Positions 19,196-32,525 of a stretch of 64,000 nt of DNA are shown here, piece after piece. The translations under genes and the position numbers were made by a program. Source of the DNA: an uncultured Acidobacteriota bacterium (lineage in GTDB: Bacteria; Acidobacteriota; Thermoanaerobaculia; UBA5066); contig CAVZYA010000002.1 in the NCBI GenBank assembly GCA_963779415.1, forward strand, positions 1,152,001 through 1,216,000, given 5' to 3'. Each line of letters begins with the position of its first letter. Position 1 is the stretch's first letter. The notes beneath the pieces were generated by a model that was given only the letters and a program-made list of their open reading frames with translations, was not told where the DNA came from and did not search any database.

Positions 19196-20212
19196 TCACT
19201 TCGCCGGCTTCTCGTGATGCCCGCCGAACTGGAAGCGCATCGCCGAGAGGAGCTTGTTCTGGAAATCCGCCTCGCCGCGGGAGCTGAACCGCTCGTAGAG
19301 CGCCGTCGTCAGGACCGGCGCGGGGACGGCCTCGTCGATGGCGGCCTTGATCGTCCAGCGCCCCTCGCCCGAGTCGGAGACCCGTCCTTCGAACTTCGCG
19401 AGGGCCGGGTCCTCGGCGAGGGCCGAGGCCGTCAGGTCGAGGAGCCACGACGCGATGACGCTTCCGCGCCGCCAGACCTCGGCGATGTCGGGGAGGTTCA
19501 GGTCGTACTCGTAGTGCCCGGGATCGCGGAGCGGCGTCGTCTCGGCATCGGCCGCGTGGTCTTCTTTCCCGACGTTCGCGGCGCGCAGGATGCCGAGCCC
19601 CTCGGCGTAGGCGGCCATCAACCCGTACTCGATCCCGTTGTGGACCATCTTGACGAAGTGGCCGGCACCGTTCGGTCCGCAGTGGAGGTAGCCGTCTTCC
19701 GCGGTTCCCTTCGCCTTCTCGCGTCCCGGCGTCTTCGGGATCTCCCCCTTGCCGGGGGCCAGGCGCCTGAAGATCGGGTCGAGACGTTTCACGACGTCCG
19801 GTTCGCCGCCGATCATCATGCAGTAGCCCCGCTCGAGGCCCCAGACGCCGCCGCTCGTCCCGACGTCGACGTAGTGGATTCCCTTCGGAGCCAGCTCCTT
19901 CGCGCGGCGGATGTCGTCGACGTAATACGAGTTCCCGCCGTCGATCAGGGTGTCTCCCTTCTCGAGGAGAGGGAGGAGGTCGGCGATCGACTTGTCGACG
20001 ACGGCCGCGGGGACCATCAGCCAGATGGACCGCGGCTTGGCGAGCTTCCTGACGAAATCGGCCAGGGAGGAGGCTCCAACGGCCTTCTCTTTCGCGAGCT
20101 GGGCGACGGCCTTCGGCGACATGTCGAAGACGACGCACTCTTGGCCGCCGCCGATCAGCCGGCGGACCATGTTCGCCCCCATCCGTCCGAGACCGATCAT
20201 TCCGAGCTGCAT
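19196..20212 (-). CDS. gnd: 6-phosphogluconate dehydrogenase, short decarboxylating type
   Basis: [39 protein letters not shown] motifs. Confidence 0.95.
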   Translation of the reverse strand: MQLGMIGLGRMGANMVRRLIGGGQECVVFDMSPKAVAQLAKEKAVGASSLADFVRKLAKPRSIWLMVPAAVVDKSIADLLPLLEKGDTLIDGGNSYYVDDIRRAKELAPKGIHYVDVGTSGGVWGLERGYCMMIGGEPDVVKRLDPIFRRLAPGKGEIPKTPGREKAKGTAEDGYLHCGPNGAGHFVKMVHNGIEYGLMAAYAEGLGILRAANVGKEDHAADAETTPLRDPGHYEYDLNLPDIAEVWRRGSVIASWLLDLTASALAEDPALAKFEGRVSDSGEGRWTIKAAIDEAVPAPVLTTALYERFSSRGEADFQNKLLSAMRFQFGGHHEKPAK

Positions 20213-20925
20213 GACGTGCTCCTTTTCCTTCTCTTCCCCGGCATCGTCCCGGCTCCTTCCCAGAGTCGGAACCCTCCCGCGAAGGCGTTCCCGTTGTCGC
20301 CGGCGCGGCACCCTTCGGGAAACTCCTTCAGCTTCTTGGCGTTTCCGCCTCCGAGGACGACGTCGTCGGGCTCGAGGGCGGCGATGAGCCTCTCGACGAC
20401 GTCTTCGACGTTCTGACGCCACTTCTTCTTCCCGAGTCTCTCGAGAGCCGCCGCGCCGACGTACTCCTCGTACGTCTTCTTCCTGTACGGAAGGTGCCCC
20501 AGCTCCATCGGCTCCACGACGCCGTCGATGATCATCGTGGTGCCGAGGCCGGTCCCGAGGCCGAGGAAAAGCATCTTTCCCCCCTTGTAGCTTCCGAGCG
20601 CCTGCATCGCCGCGTCGTTGATCACCTTGACGGGGCATCCGAAGGCGGTGGCGAAGTCGAACCCGACCCAGCCGTGGGCGAGGTTCGCCGGCTCGGCGAC
20701 GGGCCTTCCCCGGAGGACGAAGCCGGGGTAGCCGATCGAGACGGCGTCCCAGCCCCACCCCTCCGCGGCCTTCCGGACGCCGGAGACCATGAGGTCGGGA
20801 GTCAGCGTCTTCCCCGAAGGGAACCTCCGCGGCTCGCTCTCGCCCGACGCGAGGATCTTCACGTTCGTCCCGCCGACGTCCACCACGAGAACCTTCATTC
20901 CGCTCTTCTCCTTCTTTTCGGCCAT
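20197..20925 (-). CDS. ROK family / polyphosphate glucokinase
   Basis: [35 protein letters not shown] motifs. Confidence 0.88.
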   Translation of the reverse strand: MAEKKEKSGMKVLVVDVGGTNVKILASGESEPRRFPSGKTLTPDLMVSGVRKAAEGWGWDAVSIGYPGFVLRGRPVAEPANLAHGWVGFDFATAFGCPVKVINDAAMQALGSYKGGKMLFLGLGTGLGTTMIIDGVVEPMELGHLPYRKKTYEEYVGAAALERLGKKKWRQNVEDVVERLIAALEPDDVVLGGGNAKKLKEFPEGCRAGDNGNAFAGGFRLWEGAGTMPGKRRKRSTSCSSE

Positions 20926-20929
20926 CGGC

Positions 20930-22576
20930 CTATCCCTTCTTCAGCGCCCCGTCCACCATCTGCTGCGCTTCGCGGACGATGGCGGCGAGGTGGGCTTCAC
21001 CCTTGAAGCTCTCGGCGTAGATCTTGTAGATGTTCTCCGTCCCGGAGGGGCGAGCCGCGAACCAGCCGCTTTTCGCGACGACCTTCAGGCCGCCGATCGG
21101 AGCGTCGTTCCCCGGCGCGCGCGTCAGCCGGGCGACGATCGGCTCGCCCGCGAGGCTCGATTCCTTCACGGCCTCCGGCGAGAGCTTCCCGAGCTTCGCC
21201 TTCTGCTCGGGAGTCGCCGCCGCGTCGATCCGGGTGTAGCAGGGGGCGCCGAACTCCCGGGTCAGGTCGCGGTAGTGCTCGCCGGGGTCGCGGCCGGTCG
21301 TGGCCGTGATCTCGGCCGCGAGGAGATCCATGATCATGCCGTCCTTGTCGGTGGTCCAGACGGTGCCGTCCTTCCGGAGGAAGCTCGCCCCGGCGCTCTC
21401 CTCCCCCCCGAAGACGAAGGAGCCGTCGAAGAGCCCCGGCGCGAACCACTTGAAGCCGACCGGCACCTCGCAAAGGCGCCGCCCGAGCTTTCCGACGACG
21501 CGGTCGATCATCCCGCTCGAGACGAGCGTCTTTCCGACCCGCGACGTCCGCGGCCATTTCGGGCGGTTCTCCAGGAGGTACTGGATCGCGACGGCGAGGA
21601 CGTGATTGGGGTTCATCAGCCCCGCCGTTGCGGTCACGATCCCGTGGCGGTCCGAGTCGGGGTCGTTCGCGAACGCGACCCGATACTCGTCCGCGAGGCC
21701 GATGAGCCGCGCCATCGCGTACGGGCTCGAAGGGTCCATCCGGATCTTTCCGTCGTGGTCGACGGTCATGAACCCGAAGGTCGGGTCGATGACCGGGTTC
21801 ACGATGGAGATGTCGAGCCCCCAGATGGAGTTGATCGGCTCCCAGTAGGGGCGGGAGGCCCCTCCGAGCGGGTCGACGGCCAGCCTCAGCCCGGCCCGCC
21901 TGATCGCTTCCATGTCGAGGATGCTTCCGAGGTCCTTGACGTAGGGGAGGACGAAGTCCTCGGCGTGCGTGGTGGCCGCCTTGGCGGCTGTCGCGTAATC
22001 GACCCGCTTGACCCCGGCGTTCTTCCCCCGGAGAAACTCGTTGGCCCGCTCCTCGATCCAGTCCGTGACGTCGGTGTCGGCGGGCCCGCCGTTCGTCGGG
22101 TTGTACTTGAAGCCGCCGTCCTCCGGCGGATTGTGGGAGGGAGTGACGACGATGCCGTCGGCGAGCGGTCCCTTCCGCCCCCGGTTGTGGACGAGGATGA
22201 GCCACGAGACGACGGGGGTCGGCGTCACACCGTCGTCCTTCTGGATCACCGTCTCGACTCCGTTCGCCGCCAGCACCTCGAGGGCGGTTCGCTCCGCAGG
22301 GGCGGAGAGCGCGTGCGTGTCCTTCCCCATGTAGAGCGGGCCGTCCGTTCCTTTCGAGCGGCGGTAGTCGCAGATGGCCTGCGTCGTCGCGAGGATGTGC
22401 GCTTCGTTGAACGACCCGCGGAGCGCCGACCCGCGGTGTCCGCTCGTTCCGAAGGCGACCCGCTGGTTCGGGTCGGCCATATCCGGCTGGCGCGCGTAGT
22501 ACTCCCGCTCGAGTCGCACCGGGTCGATCAGCATCTCCTTCGGTGCCGGTCTGCCTGCGAGGGGGGAGACGCTCAT
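20930..22576 (-). CDS. pgm: Phosphoglucomutase
   Basis: [33 protein letters not shown] motifs. Confidence 0.96.
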   Translation of the reverse strand: MSVSPLAGRPAPKEMLIDPVRLEREYYARQPDMADPNQRVAFGTSGHRGSALRGSFNEAHILATTQAICDYRRSKGTDGPLYMGKDTHALSAPAERTALEVLAANGVETVIQKDDGVTPTPVVSWLILVHNRGRKGPLADGIVVTPSHNPPEDGGFKYNPTNGGPADTDVTDWIEERANEFLRGKNAGVKRVDYATAAKAATTHAEDFVLPYVKDLGSILDMEAIRRAGLRLAVDPLGGASRPYWEPINSIWGLDISIVNPVIDPTFGFMTVDHDGKIRMDPSSPYAMARLIGLADEYRVAFANDPDSDRHGIVTATAGLMNPNHVLAVAIQYLLENRPKWPRTSRVGKTLVSSGMIDRVVGKLGRRLCEVPVGFKWFAPGLFDGSFVFGGEESAGASFLRKDGTVWTTDKDGMIMDLLAAEITATTGRDPGEHYRDLTREFGAPCYTRIDAAATPEQKAKLGKLSPEAVKESSLAGEPIVARLTRAPGNDAPIGGLKVVAKSGWFAARPSGTENIYKIYAESFKGEAHLAAIVREAQQMVDGALKKG

Positions 22577-22609
22577 CTTACTTTTCCTTTCCTCCGGACG
22601 GCGCTCGCC

Positions 22610-25120
22610 TCACGGGACCGGGCAGGCCTTCGCGTTCCAGATCTCCGCGGCGTACCCGGCGATCGTCCGGTCGCTGGAGAACTTGCCCGAGGACGCCACG
22701 TTCAGGATCGCCTTCTTCGCCCAGGCGTCGGGGTCGGCGTAGAGGTCGCAGAGCCGCCGGTCGGCCTCGAGATAGCTCGTCAGGTCCGCGAGGTGCCGAT
22801 AGTGGTCGCCCTGGTCGAGGAGGGTGTCGCGGAGCGGGGCGAAGACGCCCGGCTCGTTCCGGCTGAAGTGGTCCGAGAAAATCAGGTCGAGCGCGGAGCG
22901 GGTCTCCGGCTCGTTGTGGTAGTGCCAGTACGGGTCGTACCAGCCGCGGCTCCCGGCCACCTGGTCCGCCGTCAGGCCGAAGAGGAAAAAGTTCTCCTCG
23001 CCGGCCTCCTCGGCCATCTCGATCGTGGCGCCGTCGCGCGTTCCGATCGTGAGCGCCCCGTTCATCATGAACTTCATGTTGCTGGTGCCGCTCGCCTCGT
23101 AGCCGGCGGTGGAGATCTGGTTCGAGACGTCGCTCGCGGGGATCACCTTCTCGGCGAGAGAGGTGTTGTATTCGGGGAGGAAGAGCACGTTCAGCCGGCC
23201 GCGCACGGCCGGGTCACCGTCGATCGTCCCGGCGAGGTTGTTCAGGAACTTGATGATCAGCTTCGCCAGCCGGTAGGCGGGGGCCGCCTTCCCGGCGAAG
23301 AAGAAGGTCCGCGGGGGAATCGCGAGGCCCGGGTTCTCCCGGAGACGGTTGTAGAGGACGACGACCCGGAGCGCGTTCAGAAGCTGCCGCTTGTACTCGT
23401 GGATCCGCTTCACCTGACTGTCGAAGATCGTGTCGGGATCCACGGACCGGCCGGAGGCCGTCCGGAGCCACCCGGCGAACCGCGACTTCGCCTCGCGCCG
23501 GGCCTTGCGGAAGGCGTCGCAAAAGCCCGCGTCGTCGGCGAGCGGCCTCAGGCGCGCGAGCTGTGACAGATCGGTGGTCCACTCGTCGCCGATGGCGTCC
23601 GTGATCGTACGGGCGAGGGCCGGATTCGCGAGGAGGAGCCAGCGCCGCGGCGTCACGCCGTTCGTCTCGTTGCGGAACCGGTCCGGGTAGATCTCGGCGA
23701 GGTCGGGAAACGTCGTCGTCCGGAGGAGGCGCGAATGGATCGCGGCGACGCCGTTCGTGGAGTGGGAGCCGACGATGCCGAGGTTCGCCATCCGGATCTT
23801 CTGGAACTCGCCCTCCTCGACGAGGCTGATGCGCGCGACGCGCCCCTCGTCTAGAGGGAAGCGCTTCCGGACGTCGTCGAGAAGGCGGCGGTTGATCTCC
23901 AGGATGATCTCGAGATCGCGCGGCACGAGGACTCGGAGCCACGAGAGCGGCCATTTCTCCAGCGCCTCGGGAAGGAGCGTGTGGTTCGTGTAGGCGAGCG
24001 TCTTCTGCGTGATCTCCCACGCGTCGTCCCACCCCAGACGCTCCTCGTCGAGGAGGATCCGCATCAGCTCGGGGACCGCGAGCGTCGGGTGGGTGTCGTT
24101 GAGCTGGACGGCGACCTTTTCCGGAAAGAGGCTCCAGTCGGCGTTGCTCTTCCGGAAGCGCCGGACGAGATCGGCCAGCGAGCAGGCGACGAGGAAATAC
24201 TCCTGGACGAAGCGGAGCCCCTTTCCCTGCGTCGTCGAGTCGTCGGGATAGAGGACCCGCGTGAGGGACTCGGCGGTCAGCGTCTCGGCGAGCGCTCCGA
24301 CGAAATCGCCGCTCGAGAACTCCTGGAAATCGAAGTCCTCGGCGGCGGCGGCGGCCCAGAGACGAAGCGTGTTGATCGTCTTTCCGCCGTAGCCGACGAC
24401 GGGGCGGTCGTAGGGGATTCCGACGAGACTCGAGGGCCGTCCCGGAATCACGCGCAGCGACCCGCCCCGGATCTCGAAGGAGCAGTTCAGACGGACCTCC
24501 ACCTTCTCGTGCGGGCGGGGGACCTCCCACGGGTCGGGGCGGCGGAGCCAGTTGTCCGCCTTTTCGCTCTGCCATCCGTCCTGAAGGGTCTGCCGGAAGA
24601 TGCCGTATTCGTACCGGAGCCCATAGCCCATGGCCGGAAGCTGCATCGTGGCCGTCGATTCGAGGAAGCAGGCGGCCAGGCGCCCCAGCCCTCCATTGCC
24701 GAGGCCGGCGTCCGGCTCCTCCTCGACGATGGCGGCCGCGTCGAGGCCCTTTTCTCTCGCGGCCCGCTCCACGACCGGTTCCAGCCGGAGGTTCACGATG
24801 TTGTTGGCCAGCGACCGGCCGATGAGGAACTCCATCGAGAGGTAATAGATGCGCTTGGGGTTTTCGCGGTCGTAAGTCTCGTTCGTCCGCACCCATCGTT
24901 GGGACAGGATGTCCCGGACGGAACGAGCCACGGCCTCGAAGCGTTCGCGAGGGCCGGCGGCCGAGGGACCGACGACGTTGTCGAAGACGAGATGGCGCTC
25001 GTAGAACGCATTGGCGGTCCCGTGGAACGGAATCGGCCCGCAGCCGTATTGGCGGAAGAGATCCGTCGGATCGGCCGCGCCCTTCGCGGCGGGGGAGGAC
25101 GTCGGCTTCCTTTCGCTCAT
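22610..25120 (-). CDS. glgP: Glycogen/starch phosphorylase
   Basis: GLGNGGLGRLAAC, NDTHP, KRIHEYKRQ, EASGTSNMK motifs. Confidence 0.96.
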   Translation of the reverse strand: MSERKPTSSPAAKGAADPTDLFRQYGCGPIPFHGTANAFYERHLVFDNVVGPSAAGPRERFEAVARSVRDILSQRWVRTNETYDRENPKRIYYLSMEFLIGRSLANNIVNLRLEPVVERAAREKGLDAAAIVEEEPDAGLGNGGLGRLAACFLESTATMQLPAMGYGLRYEYGIFRQTLQDGWQSEKADNWLRRPDPWEVPRPHEKVEVRLNCSFEIRGGSLRVIPGRPSSLVGIPYDRPVVGYGGKTINTLRLWAAAAAEDFDFQEFSSGDFVGALAETLTAESLTRVLYPDDSTTQGKGLRFVQEYFLVACSLADLVRRFRKSNADWSLFPEKVAVQLNDTHPTLAVPELMRILLDEERLGWDDAWEITQKTLAYTNHTLLPEALEKWPLSWLRVLVPRDLEIILEINRRLLDDVRKRFPLDEGRVARISLVEEGEFQKIRMANLGIVGSHSTNGVAAIHSRLLRTTTFPDLAEIYPDRFRNETNGVTPRRWLLLANPALARTITDAIGDEWTTDLSQLARLRPLADDAGFCDAFRKARREAKSRFAGWLRTASGRSVDPDTIFDSQVKRIHEYKRQLLNALRVVVLYNRLRENPGLAIPPRTFFFAGKAAPAYRLAKLIIKFLNNLAGTIDGDPAVRGRLNVLFLPEYNTSLAEKVIPASDVSNQISTAGYEASGTSNMKFMMNGALTIGTRDGATIEMAEEAGEENFFLFGLTADQVAGSRGWYDPYWHYHNEPETRSALDLIFSDHFSRNEPGVFAPLRDTLLDQGDHYRHLADLTSYLEADRRLCDLYADPDAWAKKAILNVASSGKFSSDRTIAGYAAEIWNAKACPVP

Positions 25121-25162
25121 CGCGAGGCCTCCTGTGTCACGGCCGGACCTACCGCGTCCTCC

Positions 25163-25762
25163 TCAGGGACTGACATGGCGGTCGTCGTTCCAGAGCCGGA
25201 TCACCGTCCGGGAGAGGTCGTGTTCGTAGCCGACCGCGCTCAGGCTCGCGGTGCCGAGAAGGAAGTGTGCCCCGGAAGCCGGGGCCCCGACGCCGATCCA
25301 GCGCGCCGCCAGCACGCGGATGAAATGTCCGCTCGAGAAGACGAGGACGTCCCCGCCGACCGAGCGAAGGCGCGCGATGACGCGGTCGGCCCGGGCGCCG
25401 ACCTCCGCCGGCGTCTCGCCGCCGGGGCAGCCGTCGCGGAAGAGCTGCCAGTCGGGGCGGGCCAAGAGGATCTCGTCGCGGGTCTTCCCCTCGTACTCGC
25501 CGTAGTTCCACTCGACGAGGTTCCGGTCGATCTCGGCGAGAGGTCCGAAGCCGGCGAGCTCGCAGGTCCGGAAGGCGCGCTTCAGCGGGCTCGAGAAGAC
25601 CTTCACGAAGGTGAGCCCCGTCAGGCGCTCCCCGAGGCGGCGGGCGTTCCGCTCCCCGCGCTCCGTCAGGGGAAGGTCGGTCAGCCCCGTGTGCTGGCCC
25701 GTAACGCTCCAGGCGGTCTCTCCGTGCCGGGCGAGCCAGACAGCCGGTAGAGATTCAGTCAT
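25163..25762 (-). CDS. Histidine phosphatase family protein
   Basis: RHGETAWS, SSPLKRA, EWNYGEYEG motifs. Confidence 0.9.
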   Translation of the reverse strand: MTESLPAVWLARHGETAWSVTGQHTGLTDLPLTERGERNARRLGERLTGLTFVKVFSSPLKRAFRTCELAGFGPLAEIDRNLVEWNYGEYEGKTRDEILLARPDWQLFRDGCPGGETPAEVGARADRVIARLRSVGGDVLVFSSGHFIRVLAARWIGVGAPASGAHFLLGTASLSAVGYEHDLSRTVIRLWNDDRHVSP

Positions 25763-25916
25763 GGCCTGACGACTCCCTCCGTGAGTTCGACCGGGGAGAG
25801 TCGGCCCTGGCCGAGAGCGAAGGGTCGAAAAGGATCGTCACGTTCCCCCCGAGAACGAGTCTAGTACCACGACTCGTGCGGGAGGCGCGATGGTACGCTT
25901 TTCGATCGAGGAAGCC

Positions 25917-28578
<2,662 letters not shown>

Positions 28579-28665
28579 AACGCCGCGATCCCGCCGGCAC
28601 GAACGTCGATGCCGGTCAGCTGTCTCGATGGTGCAATCTGCTTCATTCCGGTGTATTCTGATGGC

Positions 28666-28923
28666 ATGGCAACAGTCGAAAAGCCGGTCCGGCAGAGCGT
28701 CAGTCTTCCGCCGCGTGTCGCCCGACGCGTAAAGGCCCTCGCGAAGACGAAGAGAACGAGCGCAAACCGCGTCGTCATCGACCTGATCGAGGCGGGGCTG
28801 GAATCCCGGGAACGCGAAAAGAATCTCTTCTTCGATCTTGCCGACCGTTGGCCCGCTCCTCCGAACGCCGCGGAGCAGAAACGCCTCAAGGAAGAACTCG
28901 CCCGCATGACCTTCGGCGATTGA
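28666..28923 (+). CDS. Ribbon-helix-helix (CopG-like) protein, putative antitoxin
   Basis: RQSVSLPPRVARRVKALAKTKRTSANRVVIDLIEAGL fits the RHH pattern. Confidence 0.75.
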   Translation: MATVEKPVRQSVSLPPRVARRVKALAKTKRTSANRVVIDLIEAGLESREREKNLFFDLADRWPAPPNAAEQKRLKEELARMTFGD

Positions 28924-28929
28924 TTAATC

Positions 28930-29010
28930 TCGTTCAAGGTCTGCGGCGAAGGGAAATTCCCGAAGACGTTTCTGCTGTCAGGCCAGCCGGCGAAGGGGCA
29001 GAGACTCTGA
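28930..29010 (+). pseudogene. C-terminal fragment of a small partner gene
   Basis: SFKVCGEGKFPKTFLLSGQPAKGQRL* with no start codon, immediately after the RHH stop. Confidence 0.5.
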
Positions 29011-29048
29011 ACAAAGGCGTCGCTCGGCACTTCGCCACATCAGAATTC

Positions 29049-29813
29049 TCAAGGACTCTGGTTCGCAAACTGGCTCAGGACCCTGAGCATCGGCTCGCTG
29101 GAGATCCGCATCAGGCCGGCTGAAAGGCTGGTCGAGCTCAAGGATCAGGAAGATGGCGCCGGAGACCGAGAGGGCCGAGACCGCAGGGAGAGGGTGGCGG
29201 TCGCGTTGGCTGGCGCGAGCAGGCTGAAGCCGAGAAAGATGAGCATGAGCCAGGTGACGACGACGATCAGGAGCGGCGCCGAAATGGACGGGACCGTTTG
29301 CGCCACCAGCTGCTCCCGAGACTGGCCGAGCTCGGCGGCGACGGTTGTCGCCTGAGCCTTCAGGGTCCGCTGCAGGTCGTCCTGCGGGGAGAGACGAAGG
29401 ATGGCGTAATAGACTTCGTCTCCCGCGTGGCGTTCCGGAGCCAGCTGGCTCAGCGTACCTTTCTCCTCGGGCCAGATCCGCCGAACAGCTCCCTCGGTCG
29501 TGACGCGCAGCCGGGAGCGGGCATCCGCCGCTTCCGGCCCGTAGGCCAGGAGCATCCGATCGAGATAAGCGACCCGGGCGGCCATCTGAATGACCTGCCC
29601 CCTCGTGGCGTCGTAGGAGCTCTTGGCCGAACTGACGAGGAATCCCAGGAGGAGGGCCGTCATGGTCGAGACAAGACCCAGGGCCAGCTTCACCGTATCC
29701 GTCGTCTCCGCACTCCGGTGAGCTTCGGGAAGGAGGCGGCGCAGGCGCCTCCCGATCAGCACCGCGGCAAGGAGGGACGCGGCGACAATGGCGGCGGTGA
29801 TCGTGGAACTCAT
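29049..29813 (-). CDS. DUF4239/bestrophin-like membrane protein, frameshifted near the C-terminus
   Basis: LGLVSTMTALLLGFLVSSAKSSYD; continues as AIFLILELDQPF...SEPM in shifted frames. Confidence 0.75.
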
Positions 29814-29919
29814 CGTGGCGTTCTCCCTTATTGTCCAGGGCCTTTGACGAAGAAGGCCGGCGAACCGCTGCGCGGAACGCCGGCCTCCCGAATCGGCCGG
29901 GTGGATCCGACCTCCGTGG

Positions 29920-32445
29920 CTATTCGCTGACCTTGTTGTTCCGCTGCGCCGCCTCGAGTTTCTTGATGTCCTCGGGGGTCAGCTTCGGCCGGTCGATCTT
30001 GAGCGTGACCTTGTTGATCTTGCCGTTGAACGCGAACGGAACCTGGTAGTCGCCGTCGTCGACCGGCGTGCCGGTGTCGGAGCCGACGTCGAGGTTCTCG
30101 TCCCACTCCAGGATGAACGGGAGCGTGTGCTCCATCGTCTGCGTGGCGACGGCCTTTCCGTCGACTTTGAGAACGCCGGTGCCGCCGCGGCCGATGCCGC
30201 TGACGTTGTTGAAGGCCAGGGTGGCCATCCCGAGGCCGTCGTAGTTGAAGTCGAACTCGAGGACGTGGCGGCCCGGCGTGAGGGCCTCGGGGCCTTCCCA
30301 GCGGATCCGCTTCACGTCGACGAGGTTCCAGAGGAAGACCGGCTTCCCCTTCATCAGGTAGAAGCCGTAGCCCGCGAAGCGGCCCCCCTCCGTGATGAGC
30401 ATGCCGCTCCCGCCCCCCTGCGGGATCTCGACGTCGGCCGTGATGGTGTACGAGGTGTTCAGGACCGATGGCGCGTCGCCATACGGCGTCCCCGTGAGGG
30501 GCCGCGTCCACGTGAAGACGTCGCGGCCGGCGGTGATGCTCGGGCGCGGCGTGACGAGCCGGGTCACGACCGTCGCGTCGAGCGGCTCGACCTGGTACTT
30601 TTCCGCCTCCTGCCAGAAGATCGCCTCGAGCTCCTTGACCTTTTCCGGGTACTTCGCGGCGACGTTGTCGGCCTGGGTCCAGTCCTTCGTCAGGTCATAC
30701 AGCTCCAGCGGGAACTTCGACGGGTCGACCCCGACGCCGCCGGCCGTGACCCAGGGCGGGCGCATGACCTTCGTCGAGAGGATCCATCCGTCGTGGTAGA
30801 CCGCGTGGTCGCCGAACATCTCGAAGTACTGCGTCCTGTGCGTGGAGGGGGCCTTCTCGTTCTTCTTGTCGAAGGTGTACATCATGCTGACGCCCTCGAT
30901 CGGGCTCTGCTTGATGCCGTCCACGTATTCGGGCTGCCGGATGCCGGCCGCCTCGAGGATCGTCGGGACGATGTCGATCATGTGGTGGAACTGGTTCCGG
31001 ATTCCCCCCTTGTCCTTGATCACCTTGGGCCAGGAGATCGCCGTCCCCTGCCGGACGCCGCCGAAGTGCGAGGCGATCTGCTTCGTCCAGGAGAACGGCG
31101 TGTCGAAAGCCCACGCCCAGGGTACCGCCATGTGGTTGTAGGTCTTGTCCGAGCCCCAGGCGTCGTAGAAGTACTTGAGCTGGGCCTCGACGGGGACGTC
31201 GACCTGGTTGAACATGGCGACTTCGTTCGGCGTCCCGTTGAGCGTCCCCTCGGAGCTGGTGCCGTTGTCTCCTTCGATGTAGATGATCAGCGTGTTGTCG
31301 AGCTTTCCCATCTCCTCGACCGCCTGGATGACGCGGCCGATCTCGTGGTCGGTGTAGGCGACGTAGGCCGCGAAGACGTCCACCTGCCGGAGGAACATCT
31401 TCTTCTCGTCCGGCGTGCACTGGTCCCACTCCTTCAGGAGCTCCTTGGGCCAGGGGGTCAGCTTCGCGTCCTTCGGGATCACGCCGAGCTTCTTCTGGTT
31501 CGCAAAGATCGTCTCGCGCAGCTTGTTCCACCCCTTGTCGAAGAGGTGCATGTCGCTGATCTTCTTGATCCACTCCGGCGTCGGGTGGTGGGGCGCGTGC
31601 GTCCCGCCCGGCACGTAGTAGACGAAGAAGGGCTGGTCGGGCGTCAGCGTGTTGACCTGGTTCATGTAGGCGATCGCCTCGTCGGCCATCGCCGTCGTCA
31701 GGTTGTAGCCGGGGTTCCCCTGGAACGGATAGATGTAGGTCGTGTTCCGGGCGAGGTTCGCCGGCTCCCACTGATTCGTGTCGCCCCCCATGAAGCCGTA
31801 GAAGTACTCGAAGCCCATGCCGATGGGCCATTGGTCGAACGGGCCGATCGAGGTCGCCTCGAAGGACGGCGTGTTGTGGTTCTTCCCGAACCACGAGGTC
31901 CGGTATCCGTGGTCCAGGAGGATCCGGCCGATCGTCGCCTTGTCCTTCGGGATGATGCTGTCGTAACCCGGGTATCCGGTCGCCTGCTCGGAGATGACGC
32001 CGAAGCCGACCGAGTGGTGGTTGCGGCCCGTGATCAGCGCCGCCCGCGTCGGCGAGCAGAGGGCCGTCGAGTTGAAGTTCGTGTAGCGGAGGCCGCTGGC
32101 CGCGATCCGGTCGAGTGCCGGCGTCGGGATGACTCCGCCGAACGTGCTCGGGACGCCATAGCCGGCGTCGTCGGTCATGATGAGAAGGATGTTAGGCGCG
32201 CCCTTCGGGGGCACGACGCGCGCCGGCCAGTACGGAACCGAGCCCGCCGTCGTCCGCTCGATCTTGCCGCCGAACTTCTCCGGCGGCGCCGGAAGCTGCC
32301 TGCCGTCGATCGTCGTCGTGGCGGCGGGGGAGCCGGGCGGGGCCGGCTGCTGCGCCGCGACTCTCCCTGGGGCGCAGAGTGCGGCAGAAATCGCGAGAGC
32401 GACGATTGTCGTCATCCCGCGGGAGAAGAGTCGGGACGGAGCCAT
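29920..32445 (-). CDS. Arylsulfatase with C-terminal LamG-like domain
   Basis: PNILLIMTDD, CSPTRAALITGR, GKNH, HAPH, GDNG motifs; signal peptide. Confidence 0.95.
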   Translation of the reverse strand: MAPSRLFSRGMTTIVALAISAALCAPGRVAAQQPAPPGSPAATTTIDGRQLPAPPEKFGGKIERTTAGSVPYWPARVVPPKGAPNILLIMTDDAGYGVPSTFGGVIPTPALDRIAASGLRYTNFNSTALCSPTRAALITGRNHHSVGFGVISEQATGYPGYDSIIPKDKATIGRILLDHGYRTSWFGKNHNTPSFEATSIGPFDQWPIGMGFEYFYGFMGGDTNQWEPANLARNTTYIYPFQGNPGYNLTTAMADEAIAYMNQVNTLTPDQPFFVYYVPGGTHAPHHPTPEWIKKISDMHLFDKGWNKLRETIFANQKKLGVIPKDAKLTPWPKELLKEWDQCTPDEKKMFLRQVDVFAAYVAYTDHEIGRVIQAVEEMGKLDNTLIIYIEGDNGTSSEGTLNGTPNEVAMFNQVDVPVEAQLKYFYDAWGSDKTYNHMAVPWAWAFDTPFSWTKQIASHFGGVRQGTAISWPKVIKDKGGIRNQFHHMIDIVPTILEAAGIRQPEYVDGIKQSPIEGVSMMYTFDKKNEKAPSTHRTQYFEMFGDHAVYHDGWILSTKVMRPPWVTAGGVGVDPSKFPLELYDLTKDWTQADNVAAKYPEKVKELEAIFWQEAEKYQVEPLDATVVTRLVTPRPSITAGRDVFTWTRPLTGTPYGDAPSVLNTSYTITADVEIPQGGGSGMLITEGGRFAGYGFYLMKGKPVFLWNLVDVKRIRWEGPEALTPGRHVLEFDFNYDGLGMATLAFNNVSGIGRGGTGVLKVDGKAVATQTMEHTLPFILEWDENLDVGSDTGTPVDDGDYQVPFAFNGKINKVTLKIDRPKLTPEDIKKLEAAQRNNKVSE

Positions 32446-32525
32446 CGTTTTTTCTCCCTTCGCCTCGCGTGCGGCGAGCGATTACATTTCGGTAGTTCGA
32501 GGAGAGTCTAACCCGGCGAATCGGG

